From positions 1-64,000 of the forward strand of contig BTWA01000031.1 of NCBI GenBank assembly GCA_045863295.1: a stretch of DNA of 64,000 bases, read 5' to 3'. Below, piece by piece: positions 1 through 9,200 of this stretch (its first letter is position 1; every line of letters begins with the position of its first letter). The translations under genes and the position numbers were made by a program. The notes below the pieces were generated by a model. The model was not told the origin of the DNA. It worked only from the letters and a program-made list of their open reading frames with translations, and searched no databases. This DNA is from Candidatus Hydrogenedentota bacterium (GTDB taxonomy: Bacteria > Hydrogenedentota > Hydrogenedentia > Hydrogenedentales > SLHB01).

Positions 1-54
1 CTTCCACGGAGACTGTACTTCAGTCTTCCACGGAGACTGTACTTCAGTCTTCCA
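1..54. repeat. 24-bp direct tandem repeat (2.25 copies) with a palindromic core
   Basis: CTTCCACGGAGACTGTACTTCAGT at 1-24 and 25-48, then CTTCCA at 49-54. The core AGACTG-TACTT-CAGTCT is an inverted repeat. May continue left of the window. Confidence 0.9.
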
Positions 55-85
55 TGCACGCTTTAAGCGTGGTACAAAATGCGGG

Positions 86-1834
86 CTAGGTTGCCGGAAC
101 CGGTTCGGGTTGCTGCGCGGAAGGAGGCGTTGCCGTGCCGCGAAATACGAGGATGGCTTCAAACAACAGGATCGCGGCAAGACCCACAAGGATGAGCGCA
201 ACCCACGGCACGGGATCGGCGGGCATGCCTTTGAACTGCCAATCCGGCGTGAAGAATCCGTTTCGTGCGAATCGCAGCAATGCCCATGCGCTCATCGTGT
301 ACATGAACGCGGTGGGCAAGCCCACTACCCACCACACCCACCTGGCGTGATAGGTCCGCCACAGCCACACCGTGACCCCCACCAGCGTGAGCGCGGCCAG
401 CAATTGATTGCTCGCCCCGAACAGGTTCCAAAACGTGCGCCAGGCAGGAATGGCATTGCCCTTGGCGTCGGTGGCGGATTGCATCACAAAGAGGATGGGA
501 ACCCCCGCCGTGATGGCCGTGCCAAGCCAGCGCCCGGCCGTGCCTTTCAGACCAGTCAATTCTTGGAGAATATAGCGGCCCAGCCGAGTGCACACGTCCA
601 GCGTGTCGTAGACGAAGGTAGTAAAGGCCAGTAAGCCAAACGAAATGCCAAAGGCGGCTGGCACGCCAATCACGTCGAGAAACGATCCGATACCTTGCGC
701 GTAGATGAAGTTCGGTTTTCCCTGAAGTCCTTGCGCGGCCTCGCGGGTCAGCATCATAACGCAGCAGAGCGATACCACGGCAACCATGCCCTCCAAAAGC
801 ATCGCGCCATATCCAATCACCTTCGCGTCAGTTTCCTTGCGCAACTGTTTTGAGGTGGTGCCCGAGGCAATGATTGAATGGAAGCCCGAACATGCGCCGC
901 ATGCGATGGTAATGAAAAGGATGGGCGCCAAAGGATCGCCGTTGCCCGTGGTCCAGCCAATAAAGGCGGGATAGTGCGCGGTTTCACCGCCAAAAATCAG
1001 CCCTAACATGCCGCCACCGAGCGCAACGTACAAAAAGTATCCGCCAAGATGGCCGCGGGGCTGCAGGAGCATCCATACGGGTACAATGCTGGCCACAAAG
1101 CAATACGCGAGCAGAATCACGTCCCAGGTCTTGCGGGCGTTTGCCTCCGTAGTGCCAAGGATTTGCGTCAGGTCGAGCGGGATGTATTGTCCCACCCAGA
1201 TGGAAAGGCCGACCAACGGCAGAAAGATCACCGTGGCCCAATTCAGCGAGAGCTTGGTGTAGCGCAGCAAGCACCCCATGACGATAGGCAATGCGAGATA
1301 GAGAAGCGAGGAAGTGGCCACGCCGCCGCCGGTCACGCGGAGCCCGTTTTCGAGTTCCTGCGCCCCCACGAATGATCCCGCCACGATATCCGTAAAGGCG
1401 ACAATGATATATACCAGCGCAATCCAGATAAACACTAAGAATAGGATGTACGAGCGGCGCGACATGTGCACACGCACAACCTCCGCGATGCTGCGGGCCT
1501 TGTGCCGAACCGAGGCCACGAGGGCCGTAAAGTCATGCACGCCGCCAACAAAAATGCTTCCCACCAGGATCCAGATCAGCGCCGGCAACCAACCGAACAT
1601 GACCCCGGCAAGAATGGGTCCCACGATGGGTCCAGCCGCCGCTATGGCGGAGAAATGCTGGCTCATAAGGAACTTGGGTTCGATGGGCGCGTAGTCCAAG
1701 TCGTCGCGCATCGACACAGCAGGGGTTACCGCCGTTTCATCAAGATGGACAAGGCGGGTCAACATGCCGCCGTAAATACGGTATGCCGATGCGAGGCACA
1801 CTGCGGAAAAGACGACTATTAACAGCAAATACAT
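86..1834 (-). CDS. cstA: Carbon starvation protein A family peptide/pyruvate transporter
   Basis: Motifs QHFSAIAAAGPIVGPI, GGVHDF, FITIACGACSGFH, GYGAMLLEG and WNLFGASNQLLA; many TM helices. Start moved to ATG 1834 (MYLLLIV). Confidence 0.93.
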   Translation of the reverse strand: MYLLLIVVFSAVCLASAYRIYGGMLTRLVHLDETAVTPAVSMRDDLDYAPIEPKFLMSQHFSAIAAAGPIVGPILAGVMFGWLPALIWILVGSIFVGGVHDFTALVASVRHKARSIAEVVRVHMSRRSYILFLVFIWIALVYIIVAFTDIVAGSFVGAQELENGLRVTGGGVATSSLLYLALPIVMGCLLRYTKLSLNWATVIFLPLVGLSIWVGQYIPLDLTQILGTTEANARKTWDVILLAYCFVASIVPVWMLLQPRGHLGGYFLYVALGGGMLGLIFGGETAHYPAFIGWTTGNGDPLAPILFITIACGACSGFHSIIASGTTSKQLRKETDAKVIGYGAMLLEGMVAVVSLCCVMMLTREAAQGLQGKPNFIYAQGIGSFLDVIGVPAAFGISFGLLAFTTFVYDTLDVCTRLGRYILQELTGLKGTAGRWLGTAITAGVPILFVMQSATDAKGNAIPAWRTFWNLFGASNQLLAALTLVGVTVWLWRTYHARWVWWVVGLPTAFMYTMSAWALLRFARNGFFTPDWQFKGMPADPVPWVALILVGLAAILLFEAILVFRGTATPPSAQQPEPVPAT

Positions 1835-1940
1835 GGATTTTTCCCGGCTTGGGTTGAACGAACCACTATACACCGTGATCGGCGGGAAAAAGCAAGGCGG
1901 CCGCGGATAACCCGCGACCGCCCGAACGTCATAGGTTGGT

Positions 1941-4900
1941 TCAGAAGGTGCGTAGAATTGCCCGCCGTTGATGCCAACCGGCCACGGCCAACAGAGCCAG
2001 AACTGCGGCAATCGCTGCCAGACCGCCCCAGTTCATCGCAGCGGCTTTGGCCTGTATCGCCGTGACTTGCACAGGGCCACCGTGGCGCACGGTCAAGCCG
2101 ATATACGCTTGTCCGTCTACCGAGGCGATTGTGGCCGGACTGGCGAGTAGGCCTGCTACTTCATCCACGGGGTACCAGCCCGGTGAATCACCGGTGGAAA
2201 CGTGATAATACACGCGCGCCGATTCCGCGGTGACTCCCGCGGGCACCGGCAGCCATACGGGTTGCGGTTCGTCGTAAGGCGATTGCGGCTCGATCACGAA
2301 TACCGATCCCACCGCGAGCGGGTGATCGTCCACGAGTCCTGCGCGCGCTTCCGTGAGTTGTGCCAAGGCGGCGGCACTGTCGAAAGCGGGTTGGGCCACC
2401 GGAACTGCGGGTACCGCATCGCCATCCGCGATCTGAAACGCAACCGTGGTGGGCGCAATCGGGTTGCCGTCAACATCCGAAGCCGACACGGTCAAGGTGA
2501 CCACAGTGCCATGGCCAAGCGGCGTTTCCGGTGTGTACCGAACCCATCCGTCGTTGCCGTCGGTGCTTGCCGGGATCCAGGCGGCAGGGACCGCCACGCC
2601 ATCCGCCGTAGCCGCCACCGTGAACGGATCAATGGCGGCATGGGCGCGCACGCGGATCGACAGAGAACTGCTCGCGCTGGCCGGGCCGGCCGAAGGCAAT
2701 GCCCATTCCGTCGGCGCGTCGAGCGATTTGGCCGCGGCGATTCCACGGAATCCGCTGTCAAACACGCTGGGCGCGCCTTCTCCACATACGCTCACGGCCG
2801 AAACGGCGTAGTGATAGAGAATGTTCGCGGTGCCTCCCCCGCCGCCGCATGCGGCGGCCTGTTCCGCCGTCGTCGCCAGTACGTCAAAATCATCAAACGT
2901 GGTCGTCGTGGTGACGCCGATGACCTGCGATGCTTCGGTGGTCAAGGTATCGCCCACGGCGCGGTAAATCCAATATTGGGTCGCGCCCGGCACTGCGCTG
3001 TACGTAATACGAATGCGATCCGTAAACGTTCCGTCGGTGGCTTGCAGATTCTGCGGCGCGGCAGACAGATCGCAGCCGGCCTGATTGACCGTAATGGTCT
3101 GAGGTGCATTCAGCGCGCCGGTCGCGCTGATTTGCACCGTGCCGACCCTCGGCGTCGTGCTGGCGTTGACTTCCGCCACGATGTTGGTGAGGGACGGCGC
3201 GGCCCCGCTTGCCGGCGTGGCCGTCAGCCAATCCAATCCAGAAGTCACTGCGGCTTGCCAGGTCAGCGCGCCCGCACCCGTATTCGTGATGTCGACCCCT
3301 GTCTGGCCGCCGTTTGAATCAAAGTTCAATGTCAATTGAGACACATTCAATTGCGAACGCCCCGGCTGCGTGACAGTTACGTCCACCTGACCGTTGTTTG
3401 AATTCGGAGCTGTTACGCGAATCGTGGCTTGACGTTGGGAAATGTTTGGATTGGCGGTAGCTTCTACATTAATTGTCCCGGAATTCGTACCGTTGCCCCC
3501 AGACGGAATGGACACGAAATCAGCACCGCTGATCACCTGAGCGGTCCACGGCATCGATCCGCCGCCGGTATTGGTCACGCTGAATGTAGTGGATCCCCCA
3601 GTCGAATCGACTGTGCGATTGGAGGGCGTGACGCTCAAAACCGGCGCACCCGATTGGATTACATTGACCACACGTGGCGCACCTTGAGCGCCGGGAGCGG
3701 AAATCGTGACTTCCGCTGTGCGTGTGCTCGTGGTTGTATTCGCCAAGAAGGCAACGGTAAAGCTGCCGGAATTTGTGCCGTTGTTGGATCCCTGGATACT
3801 TGCAAAAGAATTGCCCGAGGTTACTGCCGCCGACCAATTCACGGTGCCCGCACCGCCGTTGGACACATCAAACGTCGTTGTTCCGGCATCCGGACCCACG
3901 GCGCGAGATAATGGGACCACATTGAGTATGGGTTGACTTGTATCGAAGCCAATGTAGCCATAGCACTTGATAGACCAGTTGTTGAGTGTTCCGGTATCGC
4001 CGCCTACCAAGTCCGAAACGGTCAAAGTCCAATTGCCATTCGGATTCTCGCCCCAATGGGCCACAGAGGTAAACGGAATATTGATTAGGTCATCCGTCGG
4101 ATCATTGTGCGCTGTCATCAGTTGGGAAACGGTTCCCCCGGGTCCGGTCAGTTTAATTGCCAGATTGCCGGAAGAGGTATGCGATATGTTTACGGTCACA
4201 ATAACATGTTCAATTTTAAACAAGTTCGATCCTGAAACCGACACTTGTTGCGATACGCCAGTCGCGCTTGAGTCTGGAATTGCAACCGGCGTATTGAGCG
4301 ATGCTGTCAACGGCGTTGCTTCGGCTGGCACGTTTTGCCAGGCAGTAGCCGTGGTGACGGCGGCAGCGGCGTCAATACGGCCAAAGCCATAATTGTGATT
4401 GAAGTGATATCCACCATCGTTCGTCTGCCAGTCGGCGTTTGTTGGATCGTTCTTAAACGCTGTGTCGGCCAATATATGTTGCACATCTCTCCACGTTAGA
4501 TTTGGATTGGCCTCGAGTATAAGCGCAATGATGCCAGAAACTAGCGGCGTGGCGGATGATGTGCCCCCGAAGTTTTGCGTGTAATTGTTGTTCCCCGTTG
4601 GGCCGTTGTCGTAACCGTTGCCTGTACCTTGCAAGTCGGTTGTTGTGATTCCTACTTCTGACGTCGGGTTTACCTGAGGTACGCCGTAGTTCGACGGCGC
4701 ATTGATAAACATACAAGAACCTGGTTCGCTATATTGGCTGAACAGTCCGGAGCCCCCTGTGGCACCCACGGCAATCACGAAGCGCGAATTTGCGAACCCG
4801 TCTTTGTTGATGTTGTCGTTTACAAATCGTCCGTTTCCTGCTGCTTTTACGTAAATGGTGCCAAGACCTCCTCGGCCCTGCGTGATTCCCGTGTTGATTG

Positions 4901-6068
4901 CCGACGCCATCAATGCGGGTAATGGAATGGTGAGTAATAGCGAGTCAGTAAAGCCCCATGAATTGCTGCTGATATAGATGCGGCTACTTACTGGATCGGC
5001 GACCCTGTGCGATAACGCGGATCCGATTTGCGCATCAGTGAGAGATACCCCCACGATGAGCCGAATTCCGACGAGTTCGGCATCAAACCCCGCGCCTGCG
5101 ACGCCCTGCGAATTGTTGGTAACAGCGGCTGCGACACCCGATACCGATGTGCCGTGACCATGGCTGGGACTGGTTGGATTGGGATCGAGGTCATTGCCTG
5201 CAATATCGATGTCAATGTCTGTACGGACATTTGCCGCTAGGTCTTCGTGGGCGGTTTGCAGTCCATCGTCTACAACACCGATGCGAACGCCCTCGCCCGT
5301 CGCGATATCCCACGCCGATTCGATGTTCACGTCGTAACCCGCCGTTGAACCTGGATTGGTTCCCGGATTCTTAAGGTGCCATTGAAACGGATAGAAAGTG
5401 TCATTCGGCACCATCATGGTCTGGTATATCCGGCCGATCGACGGAGACGCACTGAGAACATGGCCGGAGTCGTGCATATCGTTGGCAATCTCAAGCGACT
5501 TCGTCAGTCCTGGTTCTGTGACTTCCAGGATATACGTTTCGCTCGCGTACGCCAGCTTCTCCACCACGCGGACCGGATATGCTGAAGTCAGGCCATCAAT
5601 CGTATCGCCGATCTTCAATTGCACAATGACTTGATTGGTCAGCACCATACGGCTTTCGGTTGTGTGTTCCCGCTCGGAAGGATACAACACCGCATGAACA
5701 CGATACCCTGAGGCAACCAACGAATCGGCCTGTGCTTGAAGTTCGGCCTTTGAGCTGCCGGGAGAGCCAAGGTTCACATAGAAACTGCCGGATTCGTCCG
5801 CCTCTTCTACGCGCGCGCTCGGTAGCGCCGACGAAACGCTCAAGACTGCCCCGCCAGACTCGGTAGCGGGAGTCACCTGCAGCTCTTCGTACGACAATCG
5901 CACGCGTAATCGGGTGTCCCCGTTGTAGTAAGTGAGGTTCTCGCCCGGGCCTTCGTCAACGGGTGGGCTTTTAGTAAAGCCTTGGGCGTGGGCTGTGGCG
6001 GGCGTCTCGATGGAGCCGCACAGGACAAGGATGGACGCGCATACCAAGGCAACGAACTTCAACCGCAT
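1941..6068 (-). CDS. Kexin/furin-like S8 serine protease (paralog 1): signal peptide, propeptide, S8, P-domain, 3x BACON-like, FN3-like, unknown C-terminal module, TM anchor
   Basis: Triad VVDDG / HGTSVSG / GGTSSATP, oxyanion AAGNG, LTWRDVQH, YGFGRIDA; P-domain IEHVIVTVNISH...WGENPNGNWTL. ATG 6068 has a GGGAG RBS. Confidence 0.9.
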   Translation of the reverse strand: MRLKFVALVCASILVLCGSIETPATAHAQGFTKSPPVDEGPGENLTYYNGDTRLRVRLSYEELQVTPATESGGAVLSVSSALPSARVEEADESGSFYVNLGSPGSSKAELQAQADSLVASGYRVHAVLYPSEREHTTESRMVLTNQVIVQLKIGDTIDGLTSAYPVRVVEKLAYASETYILEVTEPGLTKSLEIANDMHDSGHVLSASPSIGRIYQTMMVPNDTFYPFQWHLKNPGTNPGSTAGYDVNIESAWDIATGEGVRIGVVDDGLQTAHEDLAANVRTDIDIDIAGNDLDPNPTSPSHGHGTSVSGVAAAVTNNSQGVAGAGFDAELVGIRLIVGVSLTDAQIGSALSHRVADPVSSRIYISSNSWGFTDSLLLTIPLPALMASAINTGITQGRGGLGTIYVKAAGNGRFVNDNINKDGFANSRFVIAVGATGGSGLFSQYSEPGSCMFINAPSNYGVPQVNPTSEVGITTTDLQGTGNGYDNGPTGNNNYTQNFGGTSSATPLVSGIIALILEANPNLTWRDVQHILADTAFKNDPTNADWQTNDGGYHFNHNYGFGRIDAAAAVTTATAWQNVPAEATPLTASLNTPVAIPDSSATGVSQQVSVSGSNLFKIEHVIVTVNISHTSSGNLAIKLTGPGGTVSQLMTAHNDPTDDLINIPFTSVAHWGENPNGNWTLTVSDLVGGDTGTLNNWSIKCYGYIGFDTSQPILNVVPLSRAVGPDAGTTTFDVSNGGAGTVNWSAAVTSGNSFASIQGSNNGTNSGSFTVAFLANTTTSTRTAEVTISAPGAQGAPRVVNVIQSGAPVLSVTPSNRTVDSTGGSTTFSVTNTGGGSMPWTAQVISGADFVSIPSGGNGTNSGTINVEATANPNISQRQATIRVTAPNSNNGQVDVTVTQPGRSQLNVSQLTLNFDSNGGQTGVDITNTGAGALTWQAAVTSGLDWLTATPASGAAPSLTNIVAEVNASTTPRVGTVQISATGALNAPQTITVNQAGCDLSAAPQNLQATDGTFTDRIRITYSAVPGATQYWIYRAVGDTLTTEASQVIGVTTTTTFDDFDVLATTAEQAAACGGGGGTANILYHYAVSAVSVCGEGAPSVFDSGFRGIAAAKSLDAPTEWALPSAGPASASSSLSIRVRAHAAIDPFTVAATADGVAVPAAWIPASTDGNDGWVRYTPETPLGHGTVVTLTVSASDVDGNPIAPTTVAFQIADGDAVPAVPVAQPAFDSAAALAQLTEARAGLVDDHPLAVGSVFVIEPQSPYDEPQPVWLPVPAGVTAESARVYYHVSTGDSPGWYPVDEVAGLLASPATIASVDGQAYIGLTVRHGGPVQVTAIQAKAAAMNWGGLAAIAAVLALLAVAGWHQRRAILRTF

Positions 6069-6175
6069 GATGGTCTCCCGTTGGCCGGCCGGCACAGATG
6101 CTGCCCGGACCTCCCCAAATCGTGACCCCCGAAATAGATTTCTTGTCGCTCAGTACTACATTACAAAGACGTTGC

Positions 6176-6187
6176 GATTATGCCACA
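6176..6187 (-). promoter_or_regulatory. Putative extended -10 promoter of protease paralog 1
   Basis: Minus strand TGTGGCATAATC; the same 12-mer lies upstream of paralog 2. Confidence 0.45.
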
Positions 6188-6232
6188 TAAGAACGTCGCA
6201 TGAAAGCACCCGCCAGCCGGAAAGACGCCCTG

Positions 6233-6276
6233 ACAAAACGAATCGGGACCCCGGCCTCAAGGCCGGGGTCCCGGAT
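6233..6276 (-). terminator. Intrinsic terminator after protease paralog 2
   Basis: 13-bp perfect stem CGGGACCCCGGCC (6244-6256) / GGCCGGGGTCCCG (6261-6273) with a 4-nt loop, followed by ATTCGTTTT on the minus strand, just past the stop at 6291. Confidence 0.8.
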
Positions 6277-6290
6277 TGCTGGAACTTCAA

Positions 6291-9200
6291 TTAGATACTG
6301 CGTTTGCGATGGCGGCTGATTGGCACGGTCACGGCCAAAACTGCAATAACCAAAGCCACTACCGCGAGGCCACCTGCGCCGCCCTGAGGAGCGATGGAGG
6401 CTTGGCTGTAGTCAACGGCGGCTATCTGCAGCGGACCGCCATGGCTCACCGGAACTCGCAGGTAGACTTCGCCATCGATTTCGACCGTTTCCACGGCACC
6501 CGCCAGTAAACCGTCCACCCATTCCGCCGGGTACCATCCGGGCACGCCGCCAGTTGTAAGGTAGTAATACACGTCGAGTTGGGCCGCATCGACGCCGTCC
6601 GGTGCCGGTAGCCACACTTCATGCGGGGTATCAAACGGGGCCAGGGGACCCACGCCATAGATCGGCCCGATACCTGTGGATAGTTCCGGCAGGGCCTCCC
6701 CAGACCACACGGTCAGGGTCGCAGCGGGTGTGCCGCCGGCGGACTCCGGCTGGTCCACCGTGGCGGGTGCGTCGGATTCCGGCGCGACGACGAAGGTGGA
6801 CGTCACCGGACCCACCAACCCACCGTTCGTATCTATGGCGCCCACGGTCATGACAATGGATTCGCCCACGGTCCATTCGGCCTCGGGCAAATGCGACACC
6901 CAACCGTCGCTGTTGGTCACCGGGAGCCACGTCACGGCTTCCGATGTGCCGGCGCTTGAGACCACCTCGCCCCAGACCGAGGCGGGATCGATAGCCGCGG
7001 TGCTCTGCAGGCGAACCGATACCGAGGCTCCAGCTTGAACCAAGCCGGACGCCGGAAGCATTTGCTCGGCGAACGACGACAGCGACTTGGCGGTACCCCG
7101 GAAGCCCGATTCAAAGGCGCTGGCGGGGCCTTCGCCGCAAACGCTTACGGCCGTTATGGCGTAGAAGTAGTTTTTCACTCCGCCTGGGCTGCCGCATGCC
7201 GCCTGCGTCGACCCGGCTTCCACGTCGAAATCGTCGTACGTAGTGGTAGTGAGTACGGCAACCACTTGCGACTCATCGATTGACAATTGGTTTTCATCAA
7301 TGGCTCGATACACCCAGTATTGTGTCGCTCCGGCCACCGGATTCCAGGTGACGCGGATTCGATCCGTGAAGGTACCGTCGGAGGCTTGCACGTTGCCGGG
7401 CCCGGCCGAAATCGTACATCCCGCCTGGTTCACGGTAATCGTCTGGGGCGAATTCAATGCGCCTACACCGGTGATCTGCACGGTCCCGACGCGAGGCGAC
7501 GTGGTTCCATTGACTGCGGCCACGACATTCACGTTGCTGGGCGCGCTCCCGCTCGGCGGCGTTGCCGTCAGCCAGTCGATGCCGGACGTAACGACGGCCT
7601 GCCAGGTCATGGCGCCTGCGCCCGTATTCGAAATGGTAACGCCGATCTGTCCTCCGTTGGAGTCGAAGTTCAACGTCAACTGCTGCACATTGAGTTGGGC
7701 GCGTCCCGCCTGCGTCACCGACACGTCAATTGGACTGTTCACCGCCTCCGGCGACGTGACCCGAATCGTTCCCACGCGCGGACTGGTGGTCGAGTTTTCC
7801 GTCACATCGACATTAATCGTACCGGAGTTGGTGCCGCTGCCACCCGACGGGATGGACAGGAAGCTCCCGCCCGTCAATACGGCGGCCGACCAGTTCATGG
7901 TGCCGCCGCCCGTATTGGTCACGCTGAAGCTGGTGGAATTCGCCGTGGCGGCCACGTTCTGATTCGACGGCGATACATTCAAATTAGGCTGGCCGTCTTG
8001 GACGATGTTCACCACTTTGGGCGATCCCGCCGCGCCCGACGCAGTCACCGTGACCTGGGCGGTGCGGGTCGTGGTGCCCGGGTTCGCCGGGAAATTGACG
8101 GTGATGGTTCCCGTGTCCGTACCGCTGCCGCCGGATCCGATGGAAGCCCAATCGTTGCCCTGCGTGACGCTGGCGGTCCAATTCATCGTGCCGATGCCCG
8201 TGTTCGAGACGTCAAACGTCGTGGAACCGGCGTTGGGTCCCACGTTGCGCGTCGACGGCAAGACGCTGAGCACGGGTTGCGTCGCGGATGGATCGATGTA
8301 GCCGTGGATCTTGAGTTCCCAACTGTTCAGTGTGCCGGTGTTGTTTGTCCGCCGGTCCTTGACAGTCAACGTCCAAGTGCCGTCGGAATCTTCACCCCAG
8401 TTGGCCACTGTCATGAAGGGCCAATTGGTGATGTTGTCGGTGGTGTCATTGCACAACTCGTGCAGGAACGATTGCGTGCCGTCCGGCGAGGTCAGTACGA
8501 TATCCAAATCGCCGACATTCGCATGCGTGATGTTTACCTTCACTTCCACGTGCTCGACAATAAACGTGCCGGGCGTGGTCACGGTGGTCTGTTGTGACAC
8601 ACCGGTTGTGTTGTTGTCGGGAATGGCGATTGAATTGGCCGTGGAATTGACAATCGGCGTAGCCGAGGCCGGGACGTTGTTCCAGGTCTGCGCCAGATTG
8701 ACAGCGGCCTCCGCATCAGTCCGGCCAAACCCGTAATTGTGGTTGAAGTGGAGTCCCGCGCCGTTGTTAAACCAATCTCCGTTGGACGGATCGTTCTTCT
8801 CCGCCGATTCTACCAGCACATGTTGCACGTCGCGCCATGTCAGATTCGGATTGGCTTCCAGCATGAGTGCGACCACGCCCGCGGCAATTGGGCATGCGGC
8901 GGACGTGCCATTCATAATCGTGGTGTAGTTATTGTTGCCGCCGGGGCCGCTGTTCAGGCCGTTGGTCGAACCCGTCAAGTCGGTGGTGGTGGTGCGCAAT
9001 CCCGGCGAGGATGCACCGCCCGGGGTGTTGACCAGGAGACATGCGCCGCGTTCGCTGTAGCTCGCGAATACGCCGTTGCCCTGCGAGGATGCAACGGCAA
9101 TGGTGAAGCGGCTGTTCGCATAGCCGTCCTTGTTGGCGTTGTCTTGAGACGTCCGCCCGTTGCCCGCGGCCCACGTGAAAATGGTGCCAAGGCCGCCCCG

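Noticed and set aside
1..54. CRISPR array
   Set aside because: The repeats are directly adjacent with no spacers, and there are no cas genes in the window.
2202..8597. Long plus-strand ORFs (2202-3317, 7287-8597 and others)
   Set aside because: Arg/Gly-rich antisense shadows of the GC-rich protease genes, with no recognisable motifs.
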